Positions 53,131 through 64,000 of a stretch of 64,000 nt of DNA are shown here, piece by piece (within the stretch, counting starts at the first letter, position 1; every line of letters begins with the position of its first letter). Source of the DNA: Anthoceros angustus (taxonomy: Eukaryota; Plantae; Anthocerotophyta); contig MU008155.1 of the NCBI GenBank assembly GCA_010909165.1, positions 806,001-870,000 on the forward strand, given 5' to 3'. Position numbers and translations under genes: made by a program. The notes under the pieces were generated by a model. It ran no database searches. It had not been told where the DNA came from and saw only the letters and a list, made by a program, of their open reading frames with translations.

Positions 53131-54857
53131 TTGATATCCATAATAGAACCATAGTATAAAATTTCTTTTCATGGAAGAGAAATTATATATATCTAGAAAT
53201 TCTAAATCAGAATAAAAGGTTAGAAAAGGAAAGTCATTTTATAAGACCACCGCCGGAGTCATTTATGCAGTTAATAGTTTACTTTGAGCTACCCGTCTGG
53301 GAGGTGCGGTAGGTAAGCTAGTGTGGGTTCTGGAAGGTACGGAACGCAAGTTCGAAATGGAAAACAGAGCGCTGAGGGCCAATGGCGCACTGAACCCTAG
53401 GGTCCCTAGACCGTCAAAAAGCAGGATGCCAGCGCTGACACCCAACGTGCGACGCCAAGCAAATTAGCAACGGGCATCGGCAATTGCGCTAGTGAGGTAT
53501 GCGCATGTAACTTGTAACACAGACCGAGTAAGTCCATGGCTAGATGAGGTCGGGCCCGGGTGAGGCGCATGGGAGCAGGAGGCACCCGGCCCCGGTCCCG
53601 GTCCCGGTCCCGGTGGGGCAGCTGGGCACGGGCAGCAGGGCCAGGGTCCAGCTTGGAGGGAGGGCCTCAAGTGCTGCGAGCAGTGCCTCCTTCTTCCATT
53701 TGGCCCCTGGAGTACCACCACCTCCCTCGCTCCCTCCCTGCCTCCCCTTCCCTTTTCGGCCCTCGCCGTCTCCTGCTTGCTCCTAGACTGTGCGCGTCTC
53801 TGTTGCTCTCCCTCCATCGCCAGCGTCCTGCGCGTGCTAGCTTCCCTTCCGCCGCCTTCCCCCCACCGAATGCCCCTCCCCCGCCTCCCCCATAGGAGCC
53901 GCTAGTCCTCAGTCCATGTTCGCGCAACCAAGGAGCCGGCCCGATCCAAGCCGCGCGCTCGACCTCGGCCAGCATCAGCGCATCCGGAAGCAGGGCCATC
54001 GCGGCCGCAGAAGCAGCAGCACCAGCAGAGAGGCCGGCGCGGATCATGCTCCCGTGCGCTGCCTCCACGACCTGCACCGACCCCGGCCCTCCGACAGCCT
54101 CTGCACAAGTCATGGCGGCAGGCTCCATTGCTGTAGGCCCTGCAGCCTTGCTTTAGCCTCCATTCCGCCCTCTCCCGGCTCCCTCCTCCCCTCCCTGCCC
54201 CTGCTGCTCGCTGCCTAATCCGCTCCCGCACTTTTCTGCTTGCTCCCCCATTTGAATGCCCCTGCTCTGCTGCTGGCGTCGCAATTTCCCTCCCCCTCCC
54301 CATTCCGCCGCGGGATTGCGATCCGTACGCCGCCCGACTTGCCGCAATTGCTTGCTTCTGTTGGCTGTGGCTGTGCTCTCCTCCCTTCCCGCTTGCGTGG
54401 GGTGTTGTTTCGGCGTTGCATTGTAGGCGCCGTGCGAGGCTAGATTTGCGTGTGCTTCTAGAGTGCTGCACGCCAGGTTCGGGTTTGTGGAAGGGTGGGA
54501 GAGAAGTGCGGGGGGTGTGCGGTGCTGTGTGAGCCGCACTGTTGCGATTTGGATGTCAATTCCAGTCGGCTTCACTTGAGCGTGCTGTTTAGGGTTTGAT
54601 CGATTTGGTTGCATGCTCCATGTCCCAATCGGGTGGTGGCCTTCTCTGTCAGCTGGTTGTGGGGGGGTGTGTTTAGTTTTGAAGTGCAAGGCCCCTGAGG
54701 ATGATACCGTTTATGCTCGAGGGTGGGGGGTGTTGTAGTGTGTCAGTCCGTCTTTAACATAGCTTGTTACAGTGTGCATCTAGCGATGATACTTCCTCTT
54801 TCAGGCCAGGGAGCAGGCGCGGGAGCAGGAGCAGGAGCAGTCAAGGCCTGCGTGGGG

Positions 54858-60838
<5,981 letters not shown>

Positions 60839-61703
60839 TTTGCCCGCAAAGTGCATGTCTTGTGCAACAAGCATATGCACTGACTTAAGGCTTGGCTGTT
60901 CAGCTTAAAGCTAGCACAATTTAGCTGGTCTAGGGGCTGAAGTCGCATCCGATCTATTCTAATGTTTCTTGTAGTTTTTGAGGCGACTCGGGATCGTTCC
61001 AGTGTGAGAGGAGACGGCCCTGATACAGTCAGGATATATTGTTTTGTTACATAATTCTAGTTGGTTAGTGTTCCTAACTGATGATAGGTCTCTGGAAGTA
61101 TAAGAGCTGAAGACATGATACTCTTATCCTTCCATGCTGAGAACTCTGGACCAACTCGGGAAAGTCTTTATGAACATGAACTGATAAATCGCATTCTACA
61201 GTGGTTGATAGGGCTTATTGTACATCTATGGATACAAGTGAAGCCTTGGAAGAGAAGCACATTGCTCTCTTCTCATCCCTCTTTTCGAATCCTGGACTGG
61301 CAGTGGATGGTTAGCTATCTTTTCCCTGTTTCTGCCTTCAGTTTAGATTTAATGTGAAGTGTTTCTCTTCAGTTTTAGTCCAATGTGAGGTTCCTATTGG
61401 CTTGCTTTTTTGTTCTTTGTACTGCTGCCATTTTTAGTCTGTGGAAATATCACCCGGATAGCTAACCCTGCTGATGTTGAAAATGTTTTCCCACAGAAGG
61501 TTTACAATGAAGGACGGCAGATAGCATAGCTGAGAAACACGATTGATAGATGGATCACATGGAACGAATGATATTTTTTTCTAAGCCAGTTGTCTTATCC
61601 ATTTCAGCTATGATGCTTCTTTATCAGCTCCTGAACAGACAAACAAAATGTATCCATATGTTGAATGCAGCATTGTAACCAATTGTTGCTAGTGTGTACA
61701 ACG

Positions 61704-61782
61704 CTATGCACCTCAATATCATCTATGCACCTCAATATCGTCTATGCACCTCAATATTGTCTATGCACCTCAATATCGTCTA
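61704..61782. repeat. 4 x 19-nt tandem repeat (CTATGCACCTCAATATCGT)
   Basis: Direct reading; units at 61704, 61723, 61742 and 61761. Confidence 0.95.
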
Positions 61783-62034
61783 AAAGAGTTGTTGAAAGCA
61801 TTGTAAACAACAATGGTATGGAAAAGTGTTGCATGTTGAAACTAATGTATGGTAAATTAACCTTTGTAACCCCTAAACGGTAGGTCCTTGTGGCCATTTT
61901 TTTGCCGGTAATGCACTGGGAAAAAAGGAAGCGATTTTTCGGCATGGATTCTTTAAAATGAATTATTCTAAATTCTTGCTGCTTATTACTGTTTTTAAGC
62001 CAAATATATTTAATTTAAAAATTAAAAAAATATG

Positions 62035-62550
62035 TGCAATCATTAGCAAGAGAAGCTCTTTCCAACGAGATGTCACATGAATCTTTCCAACAGGTCTTTC
62101 ATTTGCTTTGATGAACGAAACTTCAAGGGCTTCAAACGGGAACATTCACATCAAAAAGAAGCGTCCCTATCTCAAGAAAGCAAAAAAGGATGCGCCAAGT
62201 CCACATCCCCCTTGTCTCGATCAAGGAACGAACAGCACTTTACGCATTCCATTTGGCTAGACTGACTGGCACAAAACTCCGACCTTACAGAACTACGCGC
62301 ACGCCGCCTACTACCTTGTTGCCTCAACGGCACACAAAGAAACCATTTGGGCATGGAATTCAATGATTTATTAGAACAAGAGAAAGGTTTATATATACGA
62401 GTTCCAGATGGTTGCAACTGCTCAACTGCGATCCTGCAATTGGTGCTCATAACTGAAATGCATGTCTAGACTTAAGCTATGATTTAATATGAAATGTGCC
62501 CTAGACTCCTGATCTAATCCGCAACCGCTAAACCCTAGGTTGCGGCAATA
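62035..62550 (-). mobile_element. Probable 3' LTR of the copia element (left boundary uncertain)
   Basis: On the minus strand a polypurine tract GAGAGGGAG (62551-62559) is followed directly by TATTG (TG->TA decay of TGTTG). An internal TATATAAA lies near 62390, and the sequence turns AT-rich left of about 62035. Confidence 0.4.
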
Positions 62551-62932
62551 CTCCCTCTCACTGCGGATTTGCCAATCTCATGTCCTTGAAATCCATGACG
62601 TCTATCTCTTATGCTTGCGTCCAATTGATCCTGAGTCTATTATCAAACATCCGGTGGCTTCTTCAGCTCGCGAGTCACTTGATCACAATTGTGAGTGAAA
62701 GGATCAGAAGTCTCGAGCAAGTTGAAGTCCCCAAGCGCATATGTGACAGAGCTAAATTAGTGAGGAAGCCCAAGAGAGATAGCTCGCATCTAGCTTCACA
62801 ATGCGCTTCCAATGAGTCAGTACGAGTAGTTCTGGGTTGCAACTTCCCAACCTCTGCCTGAAGATGTGGATGGTAGTGGCTAACACTGAAAACATTGGCG
62901 AAAGCGGTCATTGCAGTATAAAGGGCTCCCCC

Positions 62933-64000
62933 TCATGTTGAAGCTGGGGAGGCTTGATGCCCACCTCCCAGATAAGTCTCCTTTCGGATCAAGCCGATGA
63001 TGTTTACGTGCTTCTCATGCAAAGGCTTCGGCAGACCCTTGGTCAGCAAGTCAGATGTATTGTCTATTATGTTGACGTATTTCAGTAGAACCTGCTTGTT
63101 GTTGACTACCAGGTGGATGAAGTAATGCTGCATCTCCACATGCTTTGTCCTCGCGTGTAAAACGTGGTTGTGTGTTATTGTTATTGCTTATTGGTTGTCG
63201 CAAAGCAATTCTGTTGACTAAAGTTGCTCCTCATGGATGTCCTTCAAAAACTGTCTGATCCACAATATCTCCTTAGCTGCGAGTGAAGTGGCGGCATACT
63301 CAGCTTTTGTACTGCACAAAAAAATTGTCTGCATCTTCTTGCAACTCCAGGAAACGGATGAGTTGTTGATGATCATGCAGTATGCTGCTGTGGATTTTCT
63401 AGCGTCGAGGTCCCCTACCCAATCTGCATCTAAGTAGGATGTTAGCTTGTGCTTGCCTGTGGGATCACCTCTGTAGATGAGTCCCAGTGACTTGGTGCCT
63501 TTCAAGTAACGGAAAACTCATTTGACGCAGGTCCAGTGGGCTTATCCAGGATTAGACAGATATCTAGAAGCAATGTTGATAGCTTGAGCAATGTCTCAGG
63601 TCTTGTCCAAATTGACAAGTACAGGAGGCTGCCGACGGCTTCATTGTAAGGTACTTGCTGCATCTCCTTCGACTCTTTAGGTGTGGTTGGGCAATCCTCG
63701 GCAGTAACCTTCTCCCCTGTGGCAATGAGTGTTGACGTTGGTTTTTCTTCCTTCAAGTTGAATCTCTCCATAAGTTGGTCCACATAGCGTTCTTGGTGGA
63801 TGAAAATGAGTGATCTATGGCGTTATACTCAAACTGAACACCAAGCGCATAGCGAAGGGGTTCAATATCTTGTACCTCATACTCTCTGGACAGAAGATCC
63901 TTCACATGTTGGATGAAGGGTAGGTCGTTGCCAAAGATAAAGTTGTTGGCCACGTATAGGGTGACGATGACGAACTTGCTCTTGTCCTTGAGAACGTACA
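62933..64000 (-). mobile_element. Degenerate Ty1/copia retrotransposon RT-RNaseH region, truncated by window end
   Basis: Fragments across frameshifts: LRYALGVQF, PYNEAVGSLLYL, YLDADWVGDLDARKST, VSWSCKKMQT...STKAEY, KHVEMQHY, DLLTKGLPKP. Confidence 0.93.

Overview
Eukaryotic, gene-dense land-plant nuclear DNA with short (about 70-130 nt) GT-AG introns. The compact architecture suggests a non-seed plant such as a hornwort or lycophyte (inference only). Intact genes in order: an intronless ALA2-type P4-ATPase (+), ferredoxin FdC1 (+), an ATK1/ATK5-type kinesin-14 (-), CFIm25/NUDT21 (-) head-to-head with cytosolic prolyl-tRNA synthetase (+), a CHR12/MINU-type SNF2 remodeller (+), a 3-hydroxyisobutyrate-dehydrogenase-like gene (+), an uncharacterised alpha/beta-hydrolase-fold gene (+), two paralogous short-chain dehydrogenases (-), SAC3A (+) and a PB1-domain B4 RAF-like kinase (+). 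The HIBADH-like/hydrolase/SDR trio is tandemly duplicated. In the second unit the first two genes are fused, broken relics, while the SDR is intact. The two SDR copies differ exactly at the coenzyme-specificity fingerprint (ATARS, NADP(H)-type, versus ATDLS, NAD(H)-type), which is the most interesting signal found. TE relics: a LINE C-terminus near 2 kb, a copia RT/RNaseH plus probable LTR at the right end, and a possible LTR end at the left. Intergenic tracts hold a decayed LRR array, several minisatellites, a G4/telomere-like tract and an unexplained 3.8-kb GC-rich island bounded by a 12-bp direct repeat. No tRNA, rRNA, snRNA or CRISPR array was recognised. Family assignments come from remembered motifs, not database searches.
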